Source of the DNA: an uncultured Verrucomicrobiae bacterium | Lineage (GTDB): Bacteria; Verrucomicrobiota; Verrucomicrobiia; Limisphaerales; Palsa-1400 | NCBI GenBank assembly: GCA_963702845.1 | Contig: OY969763.1 | Span: 5,824,001 to 5,888,000, forward strand | Direction of reading: 5' to 3' | Length of the DNA: 64,000 nt | Part shown: positions 1-10,953 of the stretch, piece after piece | How positions within the stretch are numbered: position 1 is the first letter of the stretch | Layout: the number at the start of each line of letters is the position of its first letter | The notes under the pieces: generated by a model | Told to the model about the DNA's origin: nothing | The model's input: only the letters and a program-made list of their open reading frames with translations | Database searches by the model: none | Made by a program: the position numbers and the translations under genes

Positions 1-1
1 C

Positions 2-283
2 ATCGTCCCGCTCGTCAGTCATCTCGATCAAAGCGAACATTCCGTGCTTGCCATCGTCACCGACCAGGGCGTCGCCGATTTGCGCGGCAAAAGCCCGGCC
101 GCTCGCGCCGAGGCGATCATCAACAACTGCGCCCATCCCGAGTACCGAAAAATTTTGCACGACTACGTCGCGCTGTCCGGCCACACCCATTCACCGCAAA
201 CGCTCCGCGCGGCATTTGGCATGCACCTGGCCTTTCAAAAAAACAGCGACATGCGTCACGTCAACTGGGCCGAATTCACTTAA
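2..283 (+). CDS. Acetyl-CoA hydrolase/succinate CoA-transferase, C-terminal part (runs off window start)
   Basis: Frame reads IVPLVSHLDQSEHSVLAIVTDQGVADLRGKSP...IINNCAHPEYR, the typical C-terminus of this family. Confidence 0.85.
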   Translation: MVPLVSHLDQSEHSVLAIVTDQGVADLRGKSPAARAEAIINNCAHPEYRKILHDYVALSGHTHSPQTLRAAFGMHLAFQKNSDMRHVNWAEFT

Positions 284-363
284 CCAGCGGAGTTGCCAAA
301 AAACAAAATAGGAACTAGTTTGCGCCAAATCTTATGAGTGGGCGAAAGTTGGATCTGGACCGT

Positions 364-954
364 ATGAACTTACCTTCCGTCATCCTGGCTTCTGGCTCGC
401 CTCGCCGTTCTGAGTTGCTCCGTCAACTCGGTGTTGAATTCGAAGTCATGCCCAGCGCCGCGCCCGAAAGCGAATCCGAACATCTCTCGCCTGGCGAACT
501 CTGCTCCCTTAACGCCTACCGCAAGGCACGCGTCGTTTCGAAACATCATCCCGATGCGCTCGTCATCGGCATGGACACCGTCGTCGCGCTTGATTCAAAA
601 GTTCTCGGAAAACCGCACGACATGGACGAGGCATTTTCAATGATGCGCGCGTTACAAGGACAGACCCATCGCGTGCTGACCGGCGTCTGTTTGATTCACC
701 TGCGCTCGCACAAACAAAAGATTTTCGCCGAGCAAACTGTCGTGACATTCCGTTCCTTGAACGACGATCAGATTCGAGAATACTACCGGCACGTCAACCC
801 GCTCGACAAAGCCGGCGCTTATGCCATCCAGGAAAGCGGCGACCAAATCGTTGCGCACGTGAAGGGCTCGTTCACCAATGTCGTCGGGTTGCCGATGGAA
901 CGATTACAGACCGAACTGACTGAGTTCGAATCCGTGGTCCGGCTTCACGCCTGA
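364..954 (+). CDS. maf: Maf-family nucleoside triphosphate pyrophosphatase
   Basis: ILASGSPRRSELL, DTVV, GKP, DKAGAYAIQ and NVVGLP motifs; alternative start at 334. Confidence 0.93.
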   Translation: MNLPSVILASGSPRRSELLRQLGVEFEVMPSAAPESESEHLSPGELCSLNAYRKARVVSKHHPDALVIGMDTVVALDSKVLGKPHDMDEAFSMMRALQGQTHRVLTGVCLIHLRSHKQKIFAEQTVVTFRSLNDDQIREYYRHVNPLDKAGAYAIQESGDQIVAHVKGSFTNVVGLPMERLQTELTEFESVVRLHA

Positions 955-958
955 ATCG

Positions 959-984
959 GTAGCCGCCGCCGTGAGGAGGCGGAC
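959..984 (+). repeat. GTAG-headed REP-like palindrome
   Basis: gtagccgccgccgtgaggaggcggac between convergent stop codons. Confidence 0.55.
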
Positions 985-989
985 ACTCT

Positions 990-1922
990 CTATTTGTCGC
1001 AGTGCTTCCCACCAAGCGGGAAACTGACATAAACGCCGTATCTATCTTTATCACCCGTGTTGCGGCCGTCAAAATTTCCCTGATAGTAAAACTGCCAATG
1101 CCAGTCACGTTTGTCGGTGTAACCGACACCCGCCTCGATCTGGTCGTTTACTTCCTTGTCAAAGGAGGAGTAGTCGATTCGATTTCCAGTGACGCTACTG
1201 GTGCCTGAAGATGTGGCGTCGGGGCCCGAGGTGTTTTGCTGATGGCGATAGCCTGCGCTCAGTGTGGCGCCACGGAAACTCTGATTCAAACCCACAGTGC
1301 CGAAAAACTGACTGTTAGCGCCACTTTCGATACTCCGGTATCCGCCTGTCGCATATCCCGCCAAGCCTGGCCAACCGAAACTTTTCTGCAACATCCCGGC
1401 GATCTCTAGACCGACACCTCCGTTACCCGGAGCAAATGGGAAACTCTTTTGATAGCTGCCCCGGTATATTCCGCCGGCGCGCAGCGTGAAAGTCGGTGTC
1501 CACCAGTTCTTGGGGTGAAGTTCATTCCAGAGCTGGTAACGAACGCCGAAAGTCGTATCCATCAACCCGCGCGTGTGCCGAACTGAACCGGGCGGGTCGG
1601 TGTATGCGCGCGTCGCCAAATCAGTGAACCCAAACATCAAATCAGCCGCCCAATCCTTCCGAAATCCATATTCAGTGAGCACCGCAAAATCGTTCTGATC
1701 AAAACCATGATCGTCGGGGAAAGTGATATTCTGTTTGCTTTTACCGACCCAAACATTTTGGAATCCGGTGTATTGATAAAGCGGCGTGAGGATCCATTGA
1801 TGATCAGATGGGATAAGAGCCTCCTGGCCGAACGGTTTCTTGGGCAGATCTTCCGCGGCATGTCCCGGCAAGGTCAACCCGTAACAAATTGAAGCAGTAA
1901 CTAAAATTCTGAGTGTCTTCAC
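990..1922 (-). CDS. Exported protein, probable outer-membrane beta-barrel
   Basis: Signal peptide, alternating aromatic beta-strands, terminal strand YGVYVSFP. Confidence 0.6.
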   Translation of the reverse strand: MKTLRILVTASICYGLTLPGHAAEDLPKKPFGQEALIPSDHQWILTPLYQYTGFQNVWVGKSKQNITFPDDHGFDQNDFAVLTEYGFRKDWAADLMFGFTDLATRAYTDPPGSVRHTRGLMDTTFGVRYQLWNELHPKNWWTPTFTLRAGGIYRGSYQKSFPFAPGNGGVGLEIAGMLQKSFGWPGLAGYATGGYRSIESGANSQFFGTVGLNQSFRGATLSAGYRHQQNTSGPDATSSGTSSVTGNRIDYSSFDKEVNDQIEAGVGYTDKRDWHWQFYYQGNFDGRNTGDKDRYGVYVSFPLGGKHCDK

Positions 1923-1993
1923 AGTCGTTTGCGATTTTACAACTCGCGTGCTGTCAGTTAAATACTCCTCAGCTCGGAAGTCATCAGGAAAAG

Positions 1994-4265
1994 TTAGTAA
2001 GTTAGGGTAATGGCAAACAATCCCGAGTAGAGAACCGTATCGAGTCGCCCGCGACTCCCCGTGTCGAATCCGGGAATCGGATCGGTATTCGACCGGTAAA
2101 TATCGCGATAGCCTCGACCGGGAACCAGAAGGCCGATGCCCGTGGAGATAATGACGTTGTCAGTCAGCAACGGCCGATATTGAAACCCGGTGCTGATGTC
2201 GTAGCCAAACTCCGCTCCAACTTTATCCGTCAGTAAAACAGTTTTCAGGGGATCGGTTTCGGCGAACCGGATGTAATTAAAGTTAATAAAATTTCTAAGC
2301 TTCGGCGTGACATCCATCTCCGCGCCCAGTCCATAGATGAACACGCCGGGATTGACGAAATTTGCCTGCCCCTCGGTTTTGCTCGTGCGAAGGTCGGGCA
2401 ATAAACTGTTCCGCTGCTTCAGCCCGACCGACGTTCCCGCCAAATTAAATCCTTGCCGCCCATACCAGCTAAACGGACCGCCGCTAAAATGTGGATTATC
2501 CACAATGCTGTCGAAGCCAGTGGCCCTGCCGTCCTCCGCATGGCCATCGCCGGACGCATAAAAGAACGAACCTTTGTAACGAATCCAATCGCGATCGTAC
2601 GAAATCTCCAAAGCCCCCATCTGCGCGTTGATGTCAGCAGGTTGCCCCGCGATGCCGTTAAACGAATCGTGCCCGAACACTTCGTAAAACGCATGATTTA
2701 CGTTCCAACGACCTATATGTCCATCGCCCGCCCATCCGAGGTAATACGCGTTCACATCATGTTCAACCACCGTCCCAATCGGCTCCGGTCGCGTGATATT
2801 GCCATTGCGATCGTAGTGCGTCCGTCCCTGGTCGAGGTTCGCGTGGAAACTGAACTCCGCCGTGTAACCCTTCACAAAAAAATCCTGCTTGTAAGCGTTC
2901 AAAATGAACACCTGTTGGTCGCGCTCATCCGGTTTATTCAACTCCGAGTTCGTGTCCTTCTCGCGCATGTCGAAAGCGATCACGTTATATTGCCAAAGAT
3001 TATCCGCGTAATTTCCGAACACTCGCGCAGCGGTATTGATGTCGTTAAAAATGAACCCACGAAAATCGCTGTTGAACGGTTGGTTGCCCAATCGAAACGC
3101 CCAGAAATCGTAATTGTCCGATAAATCGCCCAGGTGCAATTCGCCGAACGCCTGCTGTAGCGGCGAAAAATAATCCGAGAACCGCGTCGTGCCGCGGGCC
3201 GGATTTGGATTGATAACCGTCGTCTCATACAGGTCCACATAGTTGAAGTTGTAAACCGGTTGCATAAATAACGTCCAGTGCGCCGGCTGAAAAACCGTTT
3301 CACCTTTGAACAACTCGGCTGAGAACGAAAAATATTGCTGCACCAACGTCTGCTCGCTGTTGCCAAAAAATTCCGCGCTGAACGGCTGCGACGAACTGAT
3401 CCCGCTTGGCGTCGGCAACGCCCTCTCTTCGACCAACGTTTCCGTGCTCGCCGTCAGATTCAAAAAAATGTCCTGTCCGATGATTGGCAAATCTCCTTTT
3501 AAAATACTTTGCCGATACGGCCGCCACATCGCCGGTTCAGGGTTGAGGTAAGGCGTCTCCGCATCGCCTGTTACATAACGTCGCCACGGCGCGAACGGAA
3601 TTTTCCACCGATTCGTCATCGCTTCGGTATTCGGCGGATAGCCGTGTCCCACATATTCCGGCGTCTCCCATTTCCACGGAATACGTTGATTCAGTCGCGT
3701 GGGCGATCGCGGCAACTTCAAATTTTCCGGAACCGGCTCGTGCCCATAATTCCCCTGTGGGACAGGTTGTGTCGGCACAATTTCACTACTCTCAAGATTC
3801 TCCCGCGGCAATTGCATCGGTTTCTCGATCGGTTGCCCTTGATACTCCGGCAGCACTCCAAAATTCGTTTTGTAAAACGGTTCTGCATTTGGCGTGGCAA
3901 TGCCACCGCCCGGATCAGGATTAAATTGTGACGGCGGCGCCTCAGGTCGACTGCGATCCAAATGAATCGCCGCTGATATCGCGGCTCATCCTCCGCCTGA
4001 CTCGGCGAAGGTAGTTGCCGGCCCGTATCCGGATTAAACTTCGCGGCGCAAGCGGCGGTTGATTCGTGCTCACCGTCTGATGCGGCTTCGCCACATCTGG
4101 TGGTGGATTGGTTTGTGCAATCGCGCTTACCAAAGCCAAAGCCGTAACAATCAATATTTGTAGGAGACGAGGTAACGAGGCTCTAACTTTATTAGGCTTG
4201 CACCCTTTGACACACGTCCTCAGGTCTCCTGTGGTTTGGTTGTTTACGTCGGCGGTGGAGTGCAA
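1994..4265 (-). CDS. Large probable outer-membrane beta-barrel; N-terminus split by frameshifts near 3960-4045; start uncertain
   Basis: 655-aa aromatic, beta-rich ORF ending FAITLTY; signal peptide LIVTALALVSAIA-Q lies in upstream ORF 3942..4265; FNPD motif occurs on both sides of the break. Confidence 0.7.
4160..4183 (+). repeat. GTAG-headed REP-like palindrome overlapping the 5' end of the beta-barrel gene
   Basis: gtaggagacgaggtaacgaggctc. Confidence 0.45.
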
Positions 4266-4297
4266 TTTCCTAGTCGGATTACCAAATCATTCCTAAC

Positions 4298-5863
4298 ATG
4301 GCGAGCGTGAAACGACTCGCGTGCCTTCTATTTGTCTGCGTCTTCGCGCTTCGAGTAAGCGCTCAACTCACCGCCAGCGACGTCACCAACATCCTTGCTC
4401 GCGCCGTCACGCGCGCCAGCGCCATTTCTTCTAACAGCGTCATCACCATCACCGTGATGGATCGCGAAGGTTGGGTGCTCGGCTTGTGGAGCGTCAATGG
4501 ATTGAGCCCGGCAGCCGATGTCGTCGGTAATGCCATTTCCAAAGCCGGCACCGCCGCTTTCCTCAGCAGCAAACAAAACGCCTTCAGCTCACGTTCCGCC
4601 GGTTTCATCATCCAGCAACATTTCCCGCCGCCAGTAAACAACAAACCGCCCGGCCCGCTCGTCGGCGTGGAATTCTCCAACCTGCCATTCTCCGACATCA
4701 ACAAGTTCAAAGCGCCCGGCAGCACCATCACATTCGGTTCCTCACCTGGCAACAGCATCGTCCCGATTCCATTCACCTCTCTCGCTGGTGTTCCCGGCGG
4801 CTTGCCGCTCTACAAAAGCAACATCCTGGTCGGCGCGATTGGTGTCGCCAACGCCCCCGCCGCATTTCGACACGAATCAAAGACGGCAGCATCCGCTGTG
4901 GTTATCCCGACCTTCCTGCCAAATCTCTATGCCTACAATCGCGATGAAGATATCGCATTCGCTGGTCAACCGGCTTTGCTCCGCGCGCAGAAATCTTCGG
5001 CTCGAAGCGTGTTCATCGACGGCATTCGCGTCCCTTACGTGAATAGCGGAACCAAACTCGCACCTTCTGTTCCGCTCGGCACCATTGGTGCGCAGTAGTC
5101 GCGCCATATAACATCATCGGAGCACCAACACCATTTCCATATCCAATCGTCACTATCGGAAACGTCACCAGCGAACTGCGCCAGCCAATCATCGGCGACC
5201 CCATTCCCGGAACAATCGATGGCCAACCTCGCCTGACCGCCACCGAAGTCACCAACATCCTCGCGCACGCCGCCACCCGCTCCGTATCACACTCGCGCCG
5301 GCATTCGTCTGCCGCGCGGATCGTCCGCGCCGTGTTCATCACCGTCGTCAACAATCCCAACGACCCCACTCAAGCCCCAACCGTCCTTGGAACCATTCCG
5401 GACTCCCGATGCAACCATGTTCAGTTGGGACGTCGCCATCCAAAAAGCCCGCACCGTCATCTACTACTCCACGCGAACCAATCTTTTCTCGCAGACCATC
5501 GCCTATTCCACTCGCGCCGTCGGCTTCCTCGCCCAAAGCCTGTACCCGCCGGGAATCATCCGCACCTCACCCGGCCCGTTCTATTGTGATCAGGAAAGAT
5601 TCTCCGGACTGCTTCCGGACGTGTCACTGGAACCGAGCTTGCCCAATGGAATTACAATATTTCCCGGCGGTTTTCCGCTCTATCGCAACGGCGTCTTGAT
5701 AGGAGCAATCGGCGTGAGCGGCGACGGCGTGGACCAGGACGACCTCATCAGTGCCGCCGGCGATTCCTTATTTCCAGCCGCCTCCAATCTCCGCGCCGAC
5801 CACTTCACCTTCCGCGGCACCCGTCTGCCCTACGCAAAATTCCCCCGCAACCCAGCGCTTTGA
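4298..5863 (+). CDS. Exported GlcG/HbpS-like heme-binding protein with two domains (frameshifted)
   Basis: Signal peptide; two copies of LTAxxVTNILA...KAxT...PGGxPLYxxxxLxGAIGV; SGDGVDQDD motif; pieces 4298..5098, about 5095..5400 and 5387..5863. Confidence 0.8.
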
Positions 5864-5892
5864 TTGGATGTTGGACGTTCGCGTTTTGAGTT

Positions 5893-7657
5893 TTAGTCCT
5901 TGCGCCTCTGCTTCTTTGCGCCTTTGCGTTGAATAATCCCCCAGCTACTTCCTCCCGCCGTCACCCACTGCCCCTTGGCATGATAGCTATGACACGTCGC
6001 GCAAGTATCCGGCGCACCACCGGCTCTTGTGTGACAAGTCGCACAAGTATGTTTTCCCGGCAGATTGATATCCGCCGTATCGCGACTATGCGCAACATCA
6101 TGGCACTGTTCACACGCCACATTCAAATGCTTCGAATGATCAAAGTTCCCGCGAATAAACCAGCGATCTGGAATAACCGGCTTCGTCACCACCGGCACCT
6201 GTTCACCACTTGCCGTCATCTGGTGACAACGCGCGCAGCCCGCAAACTTCACCGGGGCCGCATCTCCCGTTCCGCCGACATTCGCAGACGGTCCCGATTT
6301 TTCCGTGCTAAAAAACACCGTCCGCTCCAGATCTTCACCCGATTGCATCTGCTCACGAATCCGCCGCATCTGCTCCGAAACAAACTTATCCAAACCGTCA
6401 CCGGTGATCCCGCGGCGTAATCCAAGCTCCGTATATTGCGCCGGTAAACTCCGCAAAAACGCGCGCACCGCCGCCGGATTGCCATGCGGCAACGTCAGGT
6501 CAGCATTGTGTGAATCAAACTGTCAGCGAGTGACACGCCTTGCAATCCGCATCGAACGAAATCTTTTGGTAATACGTCCCGGGAGCATCCGGCTTATGAC
6601 AATAGCTGCAGTCGAGTTGTTTCCCGTGCAGTCGAATATCACTCTGGAAATGCCGTTGATGATTAAACCGCAACGTGTCGTTCTCCTTCAAGTTCTGCGC
6701 GTGAACTTCGAAATCCGGATGATCCGCAAACGAATGAAACACTTCGGTATAGCCGCGCTCCGGTCGCGGTTCCTTGAACAAAACCCGCCCAAGGTCCGCC
6801 CGATAATCAAACGCGCTCGCCGCCAAAGTCTTTCCCTTTTCAACCGCCGCCTGCATGACGCCCGCATTGCCGTGGCACGAGATACAATTCGCATCATCCG
6901 GCTCCAGCATACGCCCACTCCCCTGGTGCTCGCGATGACATGCCGAGCACGAATGATCGCGAACAACATTCGGTTGGTGAAAATTGTGCTGCGTGTGGCA
7001 AACCTGGCACGAAGCATCGATCCGCTTCATCTTCGTTTTCGAAACGTGCATCAACTCGTGGAATTCAAATGGCCCCGGCTCCGCTGTCATCGCCGCCGAA
7101 ATCCATTGCGACGGTCCTTGCGCCGCCGCGTTATGACACGCCGCGCATGTCGGTTCATTGGCCGGCCCAAACTTCCACGAGTTACGCTTAAACGTTTTCT
7201 GCCCAGCTAAACTCTCACGCATAAACGACATGCCCGCGTGTTGAGCCGAAAGCGCCCCCGGCGAAATAAACTTGAACGTAAACCGTCCGCACAACGCCAA
7301 TAACAATCCGCCAATCGTCGCAGCCACAAAACAGACCGTCACCACCCCGCGTTTTCCGCGCAGACTTCGAACCGGCGCACATTTTGGAACCGGCCGACCG
7401 CACGTTCCATCAGGCAACGGCCCGTTCTCGCAAGGCCCGCCGTGTTCCTTCGGTCGCGTGCAGCGATAACGTCCTTTAGTTTCACCCGGCTTGGTTTCCA
7501 GCGCCGGCTTGCACTCAAACGTCGCCCGACACCTCCCGCTCGCACTCGGCCCAATCCGACACGGCGTCCCCTCGCAAGCTCGGCCGCAAATCCAATTCTG
7601 ATTCGGCCGATCATAATCGCGTCCACTGGAATCTGGTGATGGCAACTGCTCGCTCAC
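5893..7657 (-). CDS. Membrane-anchored multiheme cytochrome c (10 CxxCH) with a Cys-rich N-terminus; one frameshift near 6523
   Basis: CAACH, CQVCH, CSACH, CISCH, CSYCH, CKACH, then CARCH, CEQCH, CATCH, CATCH; removing one base gives HSLQFDSHNADLTLPHG; GTG start overlaps upstream TGA. Confidence 0.85.
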
Positions 7658-8475
7658 CGCGCCCCTCCCGAAAATGCATACACCAACACGATGTGAACCA
7701 ACGAAAAAATCAACAACCCATACGTCAGGGGAATATGCGCAAACAACCATGCCTTCAACGTGAACTGCAGCGAATAGTGATAATCCAGCCCGTCCTTCTG
7801 TCGTACCAGTTCAGCGATTTGGTCCATCACCGTTCTCTCCTTCTCGTTTAAAAACCGGTTCAAGTCCGAAATCTGATAAATCCGTCGTTGCAGCGGGCTT
7901 TGGATTTCGAACAAGTGCTTCAACCCGTTCTGCGGCTCGCGAAAAAACGAATCGAGATGTTTGATATAAAAATCCGCGATCGTCGTCGACTTGCCTTCCG
8001 GAACGGATTTCAGCGCGAGATCCTCCGCTCGTTGATGAATTGACCGCCGGATCGCCGGGATGCGATCAAACAACACCTCACCGCCGCGAGTCGTCATCCG
8101 TTTCGGTATCGCCCGCGAAACAAACCATCCAAACACACCGCTGACCGTCACCCCGACGTAAAAGCTCGCAAGAATCCAATCAAAGCATCCCCTCGGCAGA
8201 CGAAACGCGATGTGAACACCGAACAGCACCACGGTGAGCAGCCCAAGATATATGTGCAACTGCAGCCACGCCTCCGACGATCCCAGCGGCAGGAACGGCA
8301 GTTTCTTGCGCGCGTTGTAAAAAGTGAGGATCAACATGAACCCAAACAACAACCACCCGGAAATCAACGGCAGCCCCGGCACCCGGTCCCGAAACATCAC
8401 ATACCCACCAATCAACGCCACCGACCCCACAATGAAGAAAAACAGCCCGGCGGCTCGTTGGTTGGCGAAGGTCAT
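7654..8475 (-). CDS. Integral membrane protein, ferric-reductase-TM or di-heme-b-like
   Basis: Several hydrophobic helices; two W-x3-H-x13-H segments (WLQLH...GVH and WLFAH...LVH). Confidence 0.7.
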   Translation of the reverse strand: MTFANQRAAGLFFFIVGSVALIGGYVMFRDRVPGLPLISGWLLFGFMLILTFYNARKKLPFLPLGSSEAWLQLHIYLGLLTVVLFGVHIAFRLPRGCFDWILASFYVGVTVSGVFGWFVSRAIPKRMTTRGGEVLFDRIPAIRRSIHQRAEDLALKSVPEGKSTTIADFYIKHLDSFFREPQNGLKHLFEIQSPLQRRIYQISDLNRFLNEKERTVMDQIAELVRQKDGLDYHYSLQFTLKAWLFAHIPLTYGLLIFSLVHIVLVYAFSGGAR

Positions 8476-8606
8476 TGCCACTTGTTATAGGCACAAAACT
8501 CACATGCGAGGCAAGCCGTTTGCTCTTTGTTCTTTTCTCGGTCTTGAATTTCCGATTTCGGAAAAAGATTGGCGTTCGCAACTTCTTTCCCCATATTCGG
8601 CCACCA

Positions 8607-9485
8607 ATGAAGTCGATGACCGGATATGGGCGCGGCGAGTGCGCTCAAGCCGGATTCAAAATTACCGTTGAGGTCAGCTCCGTTAACCGCAAGCAAAGTG
8701 AAATTGCGGTGAATCTTCCGCGTGAACTTGAGCTGCTCGAAGCCCAGATCCGCGATGCCGTCAACGAACGCGTTGCCCGCGGTCGTGTCACGGTTCGCGT
8801 GGCCGTTCACGCCGCCGAAGCTGGCACCGCCAAATTAAAAATCGACACTGCCCTCGCCAAAGCGCACACCAAAGAACTTAAAAAACTCGCCAAGACTCTC
8901 GACATTCCCGACGCCATTTCCCTCGACCTCCTCCTGCGCATTCCTGGCGTCTTGCAATCGAGCGACGGCGCTCTCGAGGCGAGCCAACTCTGGCCCGTCG
9001 TTCAAAAAGCCACCAGTGGCGCGCTCGATACCCTCGTCTCGATGCGCGAAAAAGAAGGCAAACATCTCGCCAAAGATTTGCAACAACGCATCACGCTCAT
9101 GCGCGACGCTGTCGCCCGCGTGCAAAAGCAAGCGCCGCAAGTCGCCGAGCGTTATCGCCAGCAACTCATCGAACGCATTAAAGCCGCCGGCCTTGAGGTG
9201 CCCGGTTTGGAAGACGAGCGCCTCATCAAAGAAGTCTTCTACTTCGCCGACCGCATCGACATCACCGAAGAGCTCACTCGTTTACAAAGCCACTTCAAAC
9301 AATTCGACGATTGCGTGAAAAAGGCCGAACCCATCGGACGCACTCTGGACTTTCTGGCGCAGGAGATGAATCGTGAAATTAACACGCTCGGCGCGAAGGC
9401 GAACGACAGTATCATTTCGCGCGAAGTGGTCACTTTGAAATCCGAATTGGAACGATTTCGCGAACAAGTGCAGAATGTAGAATGA
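8607..9485 (+). CDS. yicC: YicC/YloC family endoribonuclease
   Basis: MKSMTGYG, SVN, DITEELTRL, GRTLDFLAQEMNREINTLGAK, REQVQNVE. Confidence 0.95.
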   Translation: MKSMTGYGRGECAQAGFKITVEVSSVNRKQSEIAVNLPRELELLEAQIRDAVNERVARGRVTVRVAVHAAEAGTAKLKIDTALAKAHTKELKKLAKTLDIPDAISLDLLLRIPGVLQSSDGALEASQLWPVVQKATSGALDTLVSMREKEGKHLAKDLQQRITLMRDAVARVQKQAPQVAERYRQQLIERIKAAGLEVPGLEDERLIKEVFYFADRIDITEELTRLQSHFKQFDDCVKKAEPIGRTLDFLAQEMNREINTLGAKANDSIISREVVTLKSELERFREQVQNVE

Positions 9486-10102
9486 AGCCGCCGACTTCGT
9501 TATTGATCGTAATCTCAGCGCCTTCGGGCGGCGGCAAAACCACGCTCTGCCACCAAATGCTCACCCGGCACGGCGAAATGACCCGCGCCGTCACCTGCAC
9601 CACGCGCCCGCCCCGTCCCGGTGAGCGCGACCAGCTCGACTACTACTTTCTCAGCACCGAGAACTTCAACGAAAAGCTCAAGGCCGGCGAGTTCCTCGAG
9701 AACGCCACCGTCCACGCTCACAGCTACGGCATTTTAAAATCCGAAGTCATCGCCCGCCTCTCCGAAGGCAAAGACGTCCTGCTCAATGTCGATGTTCAAG
9801 GCGCTGAGACCATCCGTCACCACGCCGAACAAGATCCCCACCTCAGGCACGCGCTCGTCACCGTTTTCCTCACCCCCGCCACCATCGGCGAATTGGAAAT
9901 CCGCTTGCGCCGCCGCGGCACCGAATCAGCCGACGACCTCGTGCGTCGCCTGCAAAATGCCCGGGAAGAAATCGCGCAGTGGAAACATTTTCAATACCTC
10001 ATTATCAGCACAACCGTCGCTGAAGACGTCCGATTAATGGAAGCAATCGTCGAAGCCGAACGCATGCGCCAATTCCGCGCCGAGCCGCCGCAGATGGATT
10101 AA
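9482..10102 (+). CDS. gmk: Guanylate kinase
   Basis: SAPSGGGKTT P-loop, TTRPPRPGE, DYYF, DVQGA; follows yicC. Confidence 0.96.
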   Translation: MKPPTSLLIVISAPSGGGKTTLCHQMLTRHGEMTRAVTCTTRPPRPGERDQLDYYFLSTENFNEKLKAGEFLENATVHAHSYGILKSEVIARLSEGKDVLLNVDVQGAETIRHHAEQDPHLRHALVTVFLTPATIGELEIRLRRRGTESADDLVRRLQNAREEIAQWKHFQYLIISTTVAEDVRLMEAIVEAERMRQFRAEPPQMD

Positions 10103-10950
10103 GCGAACGGGTTGCTGTTTTTCGGAGGAGGCATTTTCGCGTCCTCCGCCACCAGCTTCGGACATTTAAACGGCGCTCCGATCACGTAAACCAACCCGAG
10201 CGCCAGGTGGCCAAAATAGAAAAACGACAGCCCAAACAAATCAATCACCTGCCAGTGATATAGCCGCACCGCCAGCGCCAACAACAGCGCCCCCGGCATC
10301 AGCGCAATCGAGCAAACCTTCCACGTGCCGAACCAACTCAATCGCCGATCTAAAAACCACGTCACAATTTTCGCGACAAACGTCCAAACGATAGCAAGCG
10401 CACCCCACGAAATGAACATGTAGACCACTCCGACAACAAACGTTAGCGCCCAAATCAGCGGCTGACGCGCCCCCCACCACGGCTCCAAATGCGACCGCGC
10501 CAAACTAATCTTGTGATCGCGCGGATAATCAAACTCAACGCATCCGAGCAGCGACCGCAACACTGAGCACGCCCGTCCAATCGTTTTCTGGCACTCGATT
10601 TGAAAATCCGCAATTTCCGAAAACTCCGCGTCGTCGCTCGGGTTGATTTGCACCGACAGAAATTTCGTTTCAACCACGATGGGCGCTTCGATCCCGGTCA
10701 GCGCGCCGCCTTCGATCGCCGCAGTCTCAGGAAGTTGCGCAATGGTCTGGCTGATCACCGGTCCATAAGCATGCGCCACAAACCAGACGATGCTCGCGCT
10801 TGTCAAAATCGCGAACAGAAGTTGCACCAACAACAGCCTCCGCAACGGCGCGGTCGCGAATGCGGCGACACCGCCGAAAGTAAACGGTTGCCAGGCTGTC
10901 GGCGGTGTTGGCGCTGGAGCAGGTTCGGTTGGGCGAGGTTCGTCGGCCAC
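10099..10950 (-). CDS. Hypothetical membrane protein
   Basis: 283-aa ORF with multiple TM segments, in a co-directional run. Confidence 0.7.
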   Translation of the reverse strand: MADEPRPTEPAPAPTPPTAWQPFTFGGVAAFATAPLRRLLLVQLLFAILTSASIVWFVAHAYGPVISQTIAQLPETAAIEGGALTGIEAPIVVETKFLSVQINPSDDAEFSEIADFQIECQKTIGRACSVLRSLLGCVEFDYPRDHKISLARSHLEPWWGARQPLIWALTFVVGVVYMFISWGALAIVWTFVAKIVTWFLDRRLSWFGTWKVCSIALMPGALLLALAVRLYHWQVIDLFGLSFFYFGHLALGLVYVIGAPFKCPKLVAEDAKMPPPKNSNPFA

Positions 10951-10953
10951 GGC

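Noticed and set aside
5864..5930. Short 7-9-mer tandem repeats (also 23985-24050, 33500-33530)
   Set aside because: Real but short low-complexity intergenic repeats with no further supportable function.
6515..6523. Selenocysteine or TGA readthrough in the cytochrome
   Set aside because: The continuation is in a different frame, so an indel is needed, not readthrough.
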